The position numbers were made by a program, and so were the translations under genes. Below are positions 34,946 through 47,216 of a DNA stretch of 64,000 nt, in pieces (within the stretch, counting starts at the first letter, position 1; the number at the start of each line of letters is the position of its first letter). Source of the DNA: Stylophora pistillata. Lineage: Eukaryota. The notes below the pieces were generated by a model. That model was not told the DNA's origin. It did no database searches and was given only the letters and a program-made list of their open reading frames with translations. Where the stretch lies: positions 283,432-347,431 of the forward strand of contig NW_019217940.1 in NCBI RefSeq assembly GCF_002571385.2, written 5' to 3'.

Positions 34946-36346
34946 GGTGTACCGTTTGAGCGAATTCAAAGGCGTCTGTATTCGTTGTAATGGATATTTA
35001 TTCGTTTCTCTGACCTCTGAAGAATATACTGAACTGTGTAGCTTGCTCTGATGCGATTCTAGTGTGGTTGTTTTCCTTAAAATTGGACAGACTGTGTCAC
35101 GTGTTTTAATCAACCAGGTAAGAAATGATTACTGATCGTTTGTTGTTTTGTGTTGTTTTTCGTGAAGAAATAAATCCTTGCAGAGAAAACTGCTTGTTAG
35201 TTTGCTCAGAATGACATTTAATTTCGTAATGAACTTGAGTTCGAGGCAAATATACAATGACCTATGATGATATACCTGTTGAAAATCGTACTGGTGCAGC
35301 AAGCGCTTGTTACAAGTAACGTGTCGTTTGTCTATTTCTATTTCGAATTTTAGGCTCTTTTATGTTGTTTGAACCCTGTTATCCAAATGTGTTAAGCTAC
35401 AGAACTTTGCATTTCATGTTACATTGGAAGAACTGATGATTACGGATCAGATTTTTTCTGCAAGTTATGTGCACTCACCAGGCATACAGGAAAAAAAGTT
35501 TACTACTGTATGCGTTAACCTTGACTTTAGCTTTCACATCAAAGCGTTGCTTGTAATTACTGGGTATGTGAAGCTGCAAGATTTTTACCTTTACACACCA
35601 ACAAGTGGCTAGCTTATAACTTCTCCCTACAGTATCAACCATTAAGGTCACGAGAATAAAGGAATTGATCACCAATGCAAGAAGCTCCTAATTGTCAAAA
35701 AAAAAAATTCTCCTTGTCAGCACCAGAGGAAATGTAAAGAGAACAGTATGGAGGTTATGAATGTCAGTGTGAGGGTGCAGAGGGTTAAACGAGGAAGTGA
35801 ATAGTCTTAAGTCTTTTCAGAATTGATTAGGTGATAAAAAATTTGGTTATTCTGTCTTTGAACAATTCCACTGCTTGATTGGATCTTTAATTATTAATGA
35901 TCCAGTGAGTAGTATATTGGGAAGCTCAGGCTGTAGTTCTTTCCTGTTTCATTTTGTTTAAGTGGGGTAAGTGTGAGATGAGCAACTGCAATGGGTGAAG
36001 CTTCTTGACCCCTCTTTTAACTCACACAGTTCAGGAAGGGGTCAAGAAGGAAAGGAAAGGCCTGTTGGTGATTCCAGAGATTAAACTGATTGCCATTCAC
36101 ACACGAACAGGTGCATTTTGCACCTTAGGAAAATCTTGTTCAGTTCACACTTTACAGTTGTTACTGAAAGGAAAGGATGAGATTGTTCTACATTCTGTAG
36201 AATTATTCATACATCTTTTTTCTAATATAATGTCACATCTTTTCCTTTGAATATTACTATGATCAATAATTTGTATCTACAATTGCTCTATTTTGTCTAA
36301 ATATTTTCAAAATTCCAGGGACACCCTTAAACATCCTGGAACTTTA

Positions 36347-39300
36347 ATGCGAAGAAGGGGAAGTCCTCCCCCATGGGGATCAAACCACAGGTCATATCCT
36401 CCCTCACCACCACCACCACCACCACCACCACCACCACCACCGGAGTATCATGACAGGTTTGATCACCCTCTACCTCCCCCCTCAGGAAGGGTGCAACCTA
36501 GATTCTGGGATGATCCACGCTCATCAGGACCTCCTCCTTGGATGAGAGACAGGTTTGATGGTCCACCCAGACGTCCACCATGGGAAGATAATTACTCTTC
36601 TCCACACTGCTGCCCACCACCTTTTAGAAGTGATGGACTTCCACTGCCTCGAGGCCCACCCCCACCTTCTTTTATGGCTGATGGTCCATCCAGACCTCCT
36701 CCATGGAAAAGTGACTCACCCCCACATTGTCCACCCTCTCCTCCATTTAATGAGGATGATCCTCTGAGACCCCCACCATGGAAAACTGACTCTCCACCTC
36801 ATCCTGCTCCACCATCTTCATTTTCTGATGATGACTTTGACATTCCTCCCCCTCCCCCTCCCCTTCCTCCTCCTCCCTATCTTCAAAATGGACCACCTAG
36901 AGGGAGAGGGAAAGACGGACATAGACGGGGTGGCATTCATGGCAGAGGATCACTCAGTGGAAGGGGTGAGGCTCCTAAAAGAGGAGGAATGATTTCAAGA
37001 GGTGCAAATCAAGTAAGGGGTGCCATGATGAGGGGTGTAAATAATGGAAGGGGTGCTCCTCCAGCCAGGGCTGCACCAAGAGGTTGGGGTGCATCTGCTA
37101 GGGGTATGCCCACCACAAGAGGACAGACTAGGGGCAGACCTAATGGATCTAGAGGAGTAGCAAGGGGTAGTTTTATATACAGAGGAGGAACATTTGTCTC
37201 CAATTCTGACAGTAAAGAACGAAACGATATGTCAGGGTTGTCAGATGATAATGGCAAAGGGTTGGCCAAATGGCTGAGTGCTATAAGGAATGGGAAGGTA
37301 GATACAGATGGCCAAACCTCGACAGCAGCTGTTGGAAACAATAATATTAATGCAGCAACGCCACAGAAACAAAACTTTCAATCAACAAATACAGATGCAA
37401 AGACTGGAAAAGGGAACCATTTTAAGACACAACCTAGTGTTGTCAAAGGTACTTAAAAATCCAGATAATTATGTGAGGAAATAATGCAAGAACTTGTAGA
37501 ACACCAATATTAATGCACTGATCAATCAGAAGCTTCAACACTCCCCCTCCCCCTGCAATTCACAGGCATTTGCTTGTTGTCTGTGCCCTGGGGGTGGGGA
37601 ATTAGAACCTTGCTTGGCTGGAAGGGGGAATTTGAACAAAAAGTATGAAGTCTTTCCAGTAGAATACAAATGCTATATCTGTAATCATTGAGGTGTTTAA
37701 AAGTAAATTTTGCAAGTTAATGGCTTGAAATGAAAGCTCAACAAAGCTGCAGTGGTAAAGTTTGGTCAATTTGTAGAAAGTCATGATTGCTTATTTTCCC
37801 TTTTACTGAAAAATTGGAAGAGCATTTGAGCTCAATTTTTGCCAGAGAGGGGGGCAGGGTGGGAATTTAACCCATTAATAGCCGCAGCTTTTGTGAAAAA
37901 CTGTGTTTTGAACATATTCAAGCAGATTTTAGGACACTGTTGTGGTTTTAAAAGCTCAAACTTACCACAAACCCATTGACAGCTTGTACACTCGATGACC
38001 TTTCGATCCAAATGCAAAATGGTGGCCTGAAAATCTTGGGCACGTGCAGAAAGCAAAATTTTGAGATAGTTTTTGGGTTGAAAAGTAATGCCCCACTTAC
38101 AACTTTTACTTTTCTCTCTTTCTCCTGTCCTTCTTTTCCCCTTTCCTTGCCTGAAGTTTCTCCTCACTTGCTGGAAATTTAGTAGGATTCATTTTGGTGT
38201 AGAGATTTGTTAGGAAACTACTCATTATTTTCAAACCACACGCTCAGAAAGGTAGGTGGGTAATGGAACAAGATTTTCATGCAGATTTTCAGGTCACAGT
38301 TACATGGTTTTTTGGCTATTTCTCCAATCTCCTTCACTCAATTGCACTCATTCTGGTATCATTTGCACTCATTCTGGTATCGTTTGCACTCATTCTGGTA
38401 TCGTTTGCACTCATTCTGGTATCGTTTGTAAGATATTTTCAACCTGTTCAAGTACGTGCTCAAAGTCGTGCTCCAGGGTTAAAAGTGATGACGTCACAAG
38501 GTGTAGAAAGGGTGTGGGTTTACATGGGCGCACTGGATGTCAGTAGGTTAAACAAACCAATCTTTAAAGGTTCAAATGTTTGGGAGGGGCAAATGTGAGC
38601 AGCAGATTTCTCATAAAATGCTATCAACTTGCTAAAAATGGTTGAATCTGTTAATTTTTCAACTGAATGTCTTATGGTGATATACTTGACGTACAGGAAG
38701 CTATTTGAGATGGAGTGCTAGTAAGATTAATTTCGTACATATTTTATGGTACAAGAGCACATAAACATTACTTCTAAGGGCAGAGAGTTATGTGAACAAA
38801 TACAGCTGGTTCGAGAAGGGTTGTTGATTAACTTTCGAGATGGCAGCATGCATTTTTGTCCTTTTTTTTTTTTGACAACCTTTCTCAAAACAGCTGTATC
38901 TCTTTTCCACCAGGATAAGTGGTTAGGTTGTAGGTAATGTCCTGCCCAGTTATCCCTTTGTTTTTTATCCTTGTCTTGCTCCTTTTATTTACTCCTTGTT
39001 GCGTTCGTTTTGTAGCTGCCATTCCTGGGAATCCTAACTTCATTTCATTCAAGAACAGTCTGCAAGAATGCTGTCAAAAGCAGCAGTTACCAGTCCCTTC
39101 TTACACAACTTGGAAAAATAGCTTTGGTTACTCAGGAAAAGTGGAGGTTGCAAATAATACTTTCAAAAGTAATGGAGTTCAAGGAGAGCGTAAGGAGGCT
39201 GAACAAGGGGCTGCATATGCTGCTTTAATAGCTCTTGGCCTAATTGATGCCTCAGTCAAGTTTGATGTTAAAACTGCTGCAGGTATATAATCATGTAGTT

Positions 39301-42300
39301 TCATTTCTAAGCTGACTTCTGGCCTTAATTACAGTCACATGATAGGAAGTCCCTTTGTGTGTCTTATTGCGCAAAGCTGTGGCCAGAGAATGCAATTGAA
39401 AGCTCCATGAGAATTGTAGTAATTAACATTTACCCCTTGAGTGTGTGTTGGATAGTTAACAAGGTGTGTAGCACCAAGTTAGCCATAGCCAGTCTTTTAT
39501 CTAACAAGCGCAAGTGGAATAATTGTCTTTTTTTTAATTGTATTCGTTCATTCTTGATCATTTGAATATTTTCAGTGAAAATTTTCAGCTCCAACATGTT
39601 GCAACGCATTTCGATTTAAGGTGTCTGTTTAAATGAGCTGATAACCAGAGTTGAGCGAAACAATCAGAACACTAAAAATGCAATATCCAGAGTAGAAAAT
39701 TTAATAATTGTTAGTAGTATAGTTACCTGTAAGGGGGGGAGGGCTAATTATTCTTCACCCCACATGATCACTCTTCCTCCCTTCATTAATTGTTTGGAAT
39801 GGAGTTCATGTGGTTGATTGGAATACCTTGTAGCATCATGAATATTTTCAGTACCTTTTTCTAGGCCTAGAAATACATGGGTCATAGATAGTCATGTTAA
39901 AAGACTTTATTTTCTAATATTCTTTTAGACAAGAGCAAAACAGAAAACATCGCTGTTAAATGATTACTTTTACATTGTTTCTTGGAAAGGTCATTGAAGG
40001 TTATATGATTTTATAGATTCAAAATGGTTCAAACCTGGTGTAATGTACCTTGTGACTGTTTTGGTGGATCTGAATTTCCATGAATTACTAGTACCTTCTG
40101 CAGCCCTGTATTTTCGATACTTCTTGTATGGACTTTTAAGGCAAAGATTATTCTGTGGCTGATGGCCAAATTGTTCGGATCCATTGTGCTAGACTGAATT
40201 TATTCTGAAGTCCTTACCTGTTGTAAAGTTGTTTTACAACAGAACCTGATTTGATAGTGATCACTGTGAGGTGTTCATGAACACTTTAAAATCGATTTGC
40301 ATCTTCTCTAGACTGTTATCTATATATTTCCATTGGCGCTGAAAAGGAGAATTTGTTCAACAATCATAGGGTTCTTAAGTTGCCGAACATGTCCTTCGAT
40401 GTGGTGGCTTGAGTGTTTGATTTAGGCGTCATGCTGTAAGGAGAAACTGGATGCTTGTCAATCCTAGGTACTAAAAGATTTCTAACCTGCTTCCTTTTTA
40501 GTTGTCAAGCGGCCTGCTATAGACAACAGCAATGTGCTTGATTCAGCCGGCAAGAGAATAAAACTTGAGACGACTTCCACTTTGACTACTTCTTACAAGA
40601 GCAGACTGAATGAATTTTGCCAAAAGTTTCGTCTTTCAATTCCATCTTATGACACTGAAAAAGTTGAAAACGGAAAGGGCTTCCTTACCACTGTGGTATT
40701 CAACAAAAAGGTTTATCAGAGCGACGGACCACAACCCACTAAAAAACAATCCGAACAGAATGCTGCACAAGTTGTTTTACACATGCTGAACCAATGTCCT
40801 CCTCCGGCACCCAGCTATCAGGACTATATGGAACAATGCAGGAAACTCAGCACAGGTCAAGATCAACCATCAGAATCCACTGCTACAGAGGCATCCACCA
40901 CTGCAGTCACTACCACAAGTAAGAATTCCTATATTTTACATCATAAAACAACTGATATGTTGTGATTTAAAATTGTGAAACCAATTTGACCCACAGCATG
41001 ATTCCTTATTATGTATTATATGAGGAGCTGAATTATACTCGCATTTTGATTGGTTGTTACCTATGAGCTTTTAGGCGACAGACCCATAGATGACATCCAA
41101 ATAACGCGAAACAAGTTACTTTCACGCGGAAACGGCAAAGCGCAACCGGCAAACGTGAAAAAATTGTGGGAAAAACAAGGTCAGGTGGTCACTCTTGCCG
41201 TTCACATTTCACGTAAACACGGTGTTAAATCTCTCTAATGTCAAAATGAGGCAAGAACATTTTTCAAAAACATAAAGATAACAGTTCCTCTGTCATCTTT
41301 AGTTGTAATTCATTTGCAGTTCAGATATATGAATTTCNNNNNNNNNNNNNNNNNNNNNNNNNNNNNNNNNNNNNNNNNNNNNNNNNNNNNNNNNNNNNNN
41401 NNNNNNNNNNNNNNNNNNNNNNNNNNNNNNNNNNNNNNNNNNNNNNNNNNNNNNNNNNNNNNNNNNNNNNNNNNNNNNNNNNNNNNNNNNNNNNNNNNNN
41501 NNNNNNNNNNNNNNNNNNNNNNNNNNNNNNNNNNNNNNNNNNNNNNNNNNNNNNNNNNNNNNNNNNNNNNNNNNNNNNNNNNNNNNNNNNNNNNNNNNNN
41601 NNNNNNNNNNNNNNNNNNNNNNNNNNNNNNNNNNNNNNNNNNNNNNNNNNNNNNNNNNNNNNNNNNNNNNNNNNNNNNNNNNNNNNNNNNNNNNNNNNNN
41701 NNNNNNNNNNNNNNNNNNNNNNNNNNNNNNNNNNNNNNNNNNNNNNNNNNNNNNNNNNNNNNNNNNNNNNNNNNNNNNNNNNNNNNNNNNNNNNNNNNNN
41801 NNNNNNNNNNNNNNNNNNNNNNNNNNNNNNNNNNNNNNNNNNNNNNNNNNNNNNNNNNNNNNNNNNNNNNNNNNNNNNNNNNNNNNNNNNNNNNNNNNNN
41901 NNNNNNNNNNNNNNNNNNNNNNNNNNNNNNNNNNNNNNNNNNNNNNNNNNNNNNNNNNNNNNNNNNNNNNNNNNNNNNNNNNNNNNNNNNNNNNNGCTGC
42001 ACTAGTATCGCAGAGGTCAGTGGTTCGAATCCCGTACAGGCCTGAATTTTTTCAAGTCTGATTTTCACTATTTCTTAAATAGTGCTCTTTACTGCGAGGA
42101 TCGTGCACAAATGTGAGTTTAAAGTGCATGACAAAATACTCATGGAACAACTTTGTCATGTTGATTTAAAACTTTTCCTTGTCATTGGATACAGTGCTTT
42201 GTTTCTACTGTTGTTTTGTCCCATGAGCATTTTGTCATAAACTTGAAATTCAGCTTTGTACTTTGTATAAGTTAGAACTGAAGATGACAGAAGAACAATC

Positions 42301-45300
42301 GAAACATTTTTTTAAAAAATGTCGTATATTTTCTTAAATTTGTGACATATCTGCTCTTATCCAGACCATTAGAACATCAGAGACTGCCACCTGAAGGGAT
42401 CTCATGACCTGTGATCTGGTACTGAACAGACACACGGACACATGAAATCTAGTCACGAATAACATTACCTCCTTGTGTGATTTATGACCAGCTGAGAATG
42501 AGCGAAAGTCACGAGAAATGCCTACCCCCCATAATTGCAGTATCTCTAAAGAAGCTGCATGTATGGAATTGTCTCTTCATTCGTTGAAAATTTCGCTATT
42601 TGGAATGAAACTTGAAAATAAGAATAGGAAAGAGTTAGCAAATATGGTAGGGGTAAGAATAGACGAGAGTTGGCAAATCCCGAAGGGGTAACTGCAGACG
42701 AAAGCTGGCAAATCCCAAAGGGGTAAGAACAGACGAGAGCTGGCAAATCCCGAAGGGGTAAGAACAGACGAGAGTTGGCAAATACCGTACGGGTAGGAAT
42801 AGGCGAGAGTTAGCAAATTCCGAAGGGGTAAGAATTAAACAAATGGAAAAAGGATGGAGAAGATTATCAAGAATTTCGATAAATGATCTTGAGAAACTCG
42901 AGTCGAATCTACACAGGCCGTGAAAACAGCTCTCCTGCCTGTGGTAAGCAATCAAGGCACTCATGTGACTAACGAACTTTTCACGTGTCACTCTTATGTC
43001 AAACTCATCCAGAGGACAGAACAGAAAAAAGTCACATGCAACACTTCTCTGCTCTTTCTGTGCAACGTGCAAACATTTTCCTGAGGTGGAATTGATTGTA
43101 TTTCTCTATTCTTTTTGGAAAAGCTCCGCATGTCTCCATACTCCTCCTGCGCTCTCATTTCACATTGCTTTACCTTTACTTAGAGTTTTGATGAAATCCT
43201 GTCCCAACGTGGGAAGTTCTCTCTCGTTTGTTACGTTTTTGTCTACTGTTGACTTGTATGTTTTTCCATCCACCTGTTCTTCGCTTGGGACCAAGCCACA
43301 CTCGTCATCGACCGATGACCATAACTGTCCCCACCCACACCCTCTCCCTGTTGCTTATAAATGCAATTGTTTCATCCTTGCCACATGTTCCGCCCCACGT
43401 ATCTGTCGCACGTCCCCTCAGCGCGTTTTACACGTGATGTCTCTGTCACGTGTGCCTCGTGTCAACATTGCATCATGACCTCTTCATCTGCCTAACCGAA
43501 GGAGAAATTTTTCCGTGCACATCCTCTGCCCGGGTCGTTTGTGAGGTGTTGTTGAGCAAGGCTCTTTGCTTTCGTTGTGTCGCACTCCATACATAAATGG
43601 GTAACCTGGGTGGTACCATTTAGGGTAACCAGCTTGGGACTCCCCTTGTAAGGGGTGTCGAAGCGGATACGTGACTAACCTCCGGCGCAGTCGGCTCCAT
43701 GGTGTGGGTGACGACATTTATCTCTGTCTTCAGGTTTTTTCCGTTTTAACAATGCAAATACTTGGGAACATACTGTGCGAAACCTGATTGTCATACAAAT
43801 ACAATGCTCTCCCTGATCTTTCGCATGCAAGAGATGAAGTGATTTAAACGTGATGCCATTTGGCTCGGTATTAATGTTTTTCAAGGTGTTGGCGGGATTC
43901 CTCGCGATGTGGACCTGTTGTTCACTCACGTGTTTCCGCTGGGACTCGCGCTTCATCCTCGCGCGTGGTTTGCAACCAGTGGACGTTTTGAGAAAGCCCT
44001 CTATGCTAAGGAACAAGGGTGACATTTTAACATTTTTCGATGGCTGGTTAAACAAGTTTGCGTCGAAACAATTTGACCCCCATTATAATCTGATCCCCCT
44101 CAAACTAAAATATCTCCCAGAAAGCGAAAGCAATGCCTCGACAGTGATTAAGTGCCGATGTTGAGTGCCTTTCGATTGCATGCGAATTGATGTACTTAAT
44201 TTCCAAGGTCAGGTGGGAATCCCAGACAACAGCAATGACACATTGTTTCCAAAAGCGTGAAATTCTGGAAATAGAAAATGCTGCTATCTTGAAATACTCA
44301 ATAAAAGAAATTGACCCAAGGTAATACGGGAGGTTTAAAGTGGATTAAACAGATTAGACATTTATCTTCCCTTGTGTGGTGGGTTTTGTGTTCAGTGTTT
44401 TTGTTACCTGGTGTGGTTGGATCCTCTTAATCCTTAGAACCTTGTTTATTTACTTATCATTCGAAACTGTGGTTCAGATTTTGGAGATTTGTGCGATAAA
44501 CCCAGAACCATAGCCTAATTTTTCCACAGCCCAGATTTGGAGCCTTATCTTTATCAGACAATAGAAAGGCGCAAGTGAACTTGACCCCCAGACAGGCTTC
44601 CTTAGCTTATCGCGTTTGCATAATTTTTTATTGTCTAAAACCTTGTCTGACCTAAGGAGGGTTTGCGTCGATTTTTTGAATTTGCCTTTGAGACGGAAGC
44701 ATTAAACAGCCACAAATCAAACTTGCTATCAAGCAAAATGTTCAACAAGGTGATATTTTTGCCATGTTTGAAGATATATCCGTGTATACAAAGTTCATGA
44801 TTGTAAGAGTAAAGACTAGATCTTGTACGAAGTGTTTCAATAAAGGTAGCTTTCATTTGTCTAATCCATGGCTACTCTTGTGGCACGCTTCCGACTGCGA
44901 GGTGTCGGGTTACCTCACGTTTGAAGTACTCATTTGCAAAGTACATTTTAATCCATTCTTATCTTCAATCCGGGAGAGCAGATGTTGAAAGATCTGCTTG
45001 AAGTTGTTAGTTTTCCAGTACGAACGCCTTGGTACCAACCTTTACAGTTTTGTTTCTAGACATTTACATTTGACCCTCTCTACTTTTGGCGCGCTTCTTG
45101 TGTCTGTCTGATGGATGAAGTAGATATTAATAGGATTCATTAATTTGATTGCCATTATGTGAATTTGGAATTTCCGGTGTTGGACGCAACAGTGTCTCAT
45201 TTTTCCGCTAATAGCCGGATGTTCTTGTTAATCAAGGGGCGTTTGAAATTTCCGATCAGACTCGATTAGGAAATTAATGCGAAATTTTATGCCGCGGTCA

Positions 45301-47216
45301 AGTTGCAGGTGTTCATTGCTGCCAAGGTCTATTTAAACAATAGAGTGTTTCTGTCGAGGAACTATCGGCTGATAGTTGCCACGCGGAAATTTGATATTCT
45401 TAAAACAAATATGCTAGTTTCAAGAACCTCAAATTTCCAAGGGGCAACTATCAGATCGGTAGTTCCGAGACACAAACACTCTATTGTTTTTATTGTTCAC
45501 CACTAAATTTTCTTCCGCGCCCACAGCTTGTCACAAATGTCAATAATTGGCAACCGTACATTGGCTAAATAATACGTTATACCTGTTAGAATTGAAAAGT
45601 CACTGTTTTTCCGATCTACCTAACTTCGCGGCCGTCAAACTATTCAAAACTTTTCACGGATGAGTACTATCAATCCAGGTATTTTCCGCGGACGGGCACT
45701 CTTCATCCGGGTATTTTCCGCGGGCGGGCACTATCCATCCGGGTATTTTCCGCGGGCGGGTACTATGAGCTGATAGTGTCTCTCCACGGATGAACACTAT
45801 CGCGTCACGTGATCGATTTAAACCAATAAGAACCGGAGAAAATTTAGTGGTGAACTATAACATGGGATATGAGTAGACTAGGGTACCCAACCCTTAGATG
45901 CCTCACCCTCTCGCTAGTTTCTGTGCCCAACTTGTTATAAGCAACGTAGTATATCAGCTTTGTTTACAGATATTTTTGAAATATTTGTGGTGTGAACAAT
46001 TTATTTAGCAGCTAATCGCACGGAATTTTCAGTTGTGGCTAATTCTGGTGTATCCTTCATTGACGCAAATAGACAGTGGTCAAAAAGCAAACGGCAATTT
46101 TTCAATCTCATATTTGTGTCGTAAATATTGAAACAATCTCTGGGATTTCTGTTATTGTCAATCACCTGTTGTGACGTAGATAGTTCATCTTATTCAAACC
46201 GCAAGACGTGGTTAATTTCCGCCCATGGTCTAATTTCTTGTGGTCTTGGGGCTGCATGCCCGATTTCCTGTAAATGTCTCAAGCAATAAAAATTCAAGAT
46301 TATTATTATTATTACTATTGTTATTATTATTGTTAAGATAATCACGGTCATTATTATTATAATACTAGTTGAGCGATTATAATAGACGAATATAAGATGT
46401 GTTACAACAAGCATGCTTAGTAAGGGAAGTCACTGGAAGGTCCGCTTGGTTTTGATCTCAAATTTAATCTCCAGTGAAAGACAACCATCCTTGACTGACT
46501 GTCCGATCAAAAACTTCAGCCATCGGAACTGATATATCTGGTCGAAATCCGTGAGCCAGTGGGAACAAACCGCTTTAGTTCATGCAAATGAAGTAGCGTG
46601 TAAAAATCGGCAGTGAGAGCTTAATGGGAACCTTTTGTAGCCAAGCGAAAGGACTGCGAGGGAACCGAGCCACACATGAAACCGATTGGCTTGTTATTCG
46701 TTGAGTTTTGTTCTTCACATATTTTTTTTCTCTTTTCTAAACAAAAAATCACCCTTGCCCAACTCTCTGTGTTATTCTTGCCTCTGTTCTGTACTACTCA
46801 TTAGTCTAAGTGTAAAGTCTTGCATTTTTATCACATTAGCTTTTCTCTTTACACTTCTTTGCCTTTTTCATTTTTTAGTAAACGCAGCAGTAGTGCAACC
46901 GATCTCCACCTCTACAGCCCTAAACCCTTCCGAACCCACAGACCAGAACAATTCCGCCTCTACAGCCTCGGAGATTCTGAACGCAGACTCAGTCAAACCA
47001 ACCACCAGTTTCACGTCGCACAAAAACAAACTGCAAGAATACTGCCAGAAGTCCAAGATAGAACTACCTGTTTACTTCTGTCACAGAGAAAATGGCGTCT
47101 TTACTTGTACAGTTCATGTTGCAGGGCGGTCATATTCCAGTAACGGCTGTAATACTAAGAAAGGCTCAGAACAGACTGCGGCCAACGTAGCGCTGAAAGC
47201 TTTGGGACTTGTTTAA
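36347..47216 (+). CDS. Three-dsRBM protein, HYL1/DRB-like, 707 aa, join(36347..37448,39016..39282,40502..40918,46879..47216); non-coding exon ending at 35117
   Basis: Three phase-1 introns close the frame (2124 nt). dsRBMs: FKNSLQECCQKQQLPVPSY..KEAEQGAAYAAL, YKSRLNEFCQKFRLSIPSY..KKQSEQNAAQVVL, HKNKLQEYCQKSKIELPVY..FTCTV..KKGSEQTAANVALKAL. Extra exons hidden in the N-gap cannot be excluded. Confidence 0.85.
38342..38428. repeat. Minisatellite, 21 bp x 4
   Basis: Unit ttgcactcattctggtatcgt. Confidence 0.95.
41338..41995. other. Assembly gap (658 N)
   Basis: Run of N. Confidence 1.
41996..42107 (+). repeat. tRNA-derived repeat unit abutting the gap
   Basis: gcagaggtcagtggttcgaatcccgtacaggcctgaattttttc: tRNA-like T-arm/B box; same family as 6745-6858. 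Confidence 0.7.
42631..42840. repeat. Minisatellite, 35 bp x 6
   Basis: Unit agagttggcaaatcccgaaggggtaagaacagacg. Confidence 0.95.
45335..45860. mobile_element. Composite palindromic non-autonomous element (two inverted-repeat pairs plus 30-bp internal tandem repeats)
   Basis: aaacaatagagtgttt..tgatagttgcc pairs with ggcaactatca..aaacactctattgttt; gttcaccactaaatttt pairs with aaaatttagtggtgaac; 3 x ccgggtattttccgcgggcgggcactatccat at ~45676-45765. Confidence 0.7.

Noticed and set aside
38256-38598. ORFs with CTHSGIV / ALILVSF repeats
   Set aside because: Translations of the 21-bp intronic minisatellite; no splice or homology support.
41996-42045. Possible tRNA gene (ggttcgaatccc)
   Set aside because: Only a T-arm-like half is visible, and it is embedded in a repeat also present at 6745-6858; treated as a tRNA-derived repeat.
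41310-42068. 252-aa and 243-aa ORFs in the track
   Set aside because: Artefacts of translating through the N gap.
42631-42840. CRISPR-like 35-bp periodicity
   Set aside because: Units are contiguous with no unique spacers, there are no cas genes and the context is eukaryotic; it is a minisatellite.
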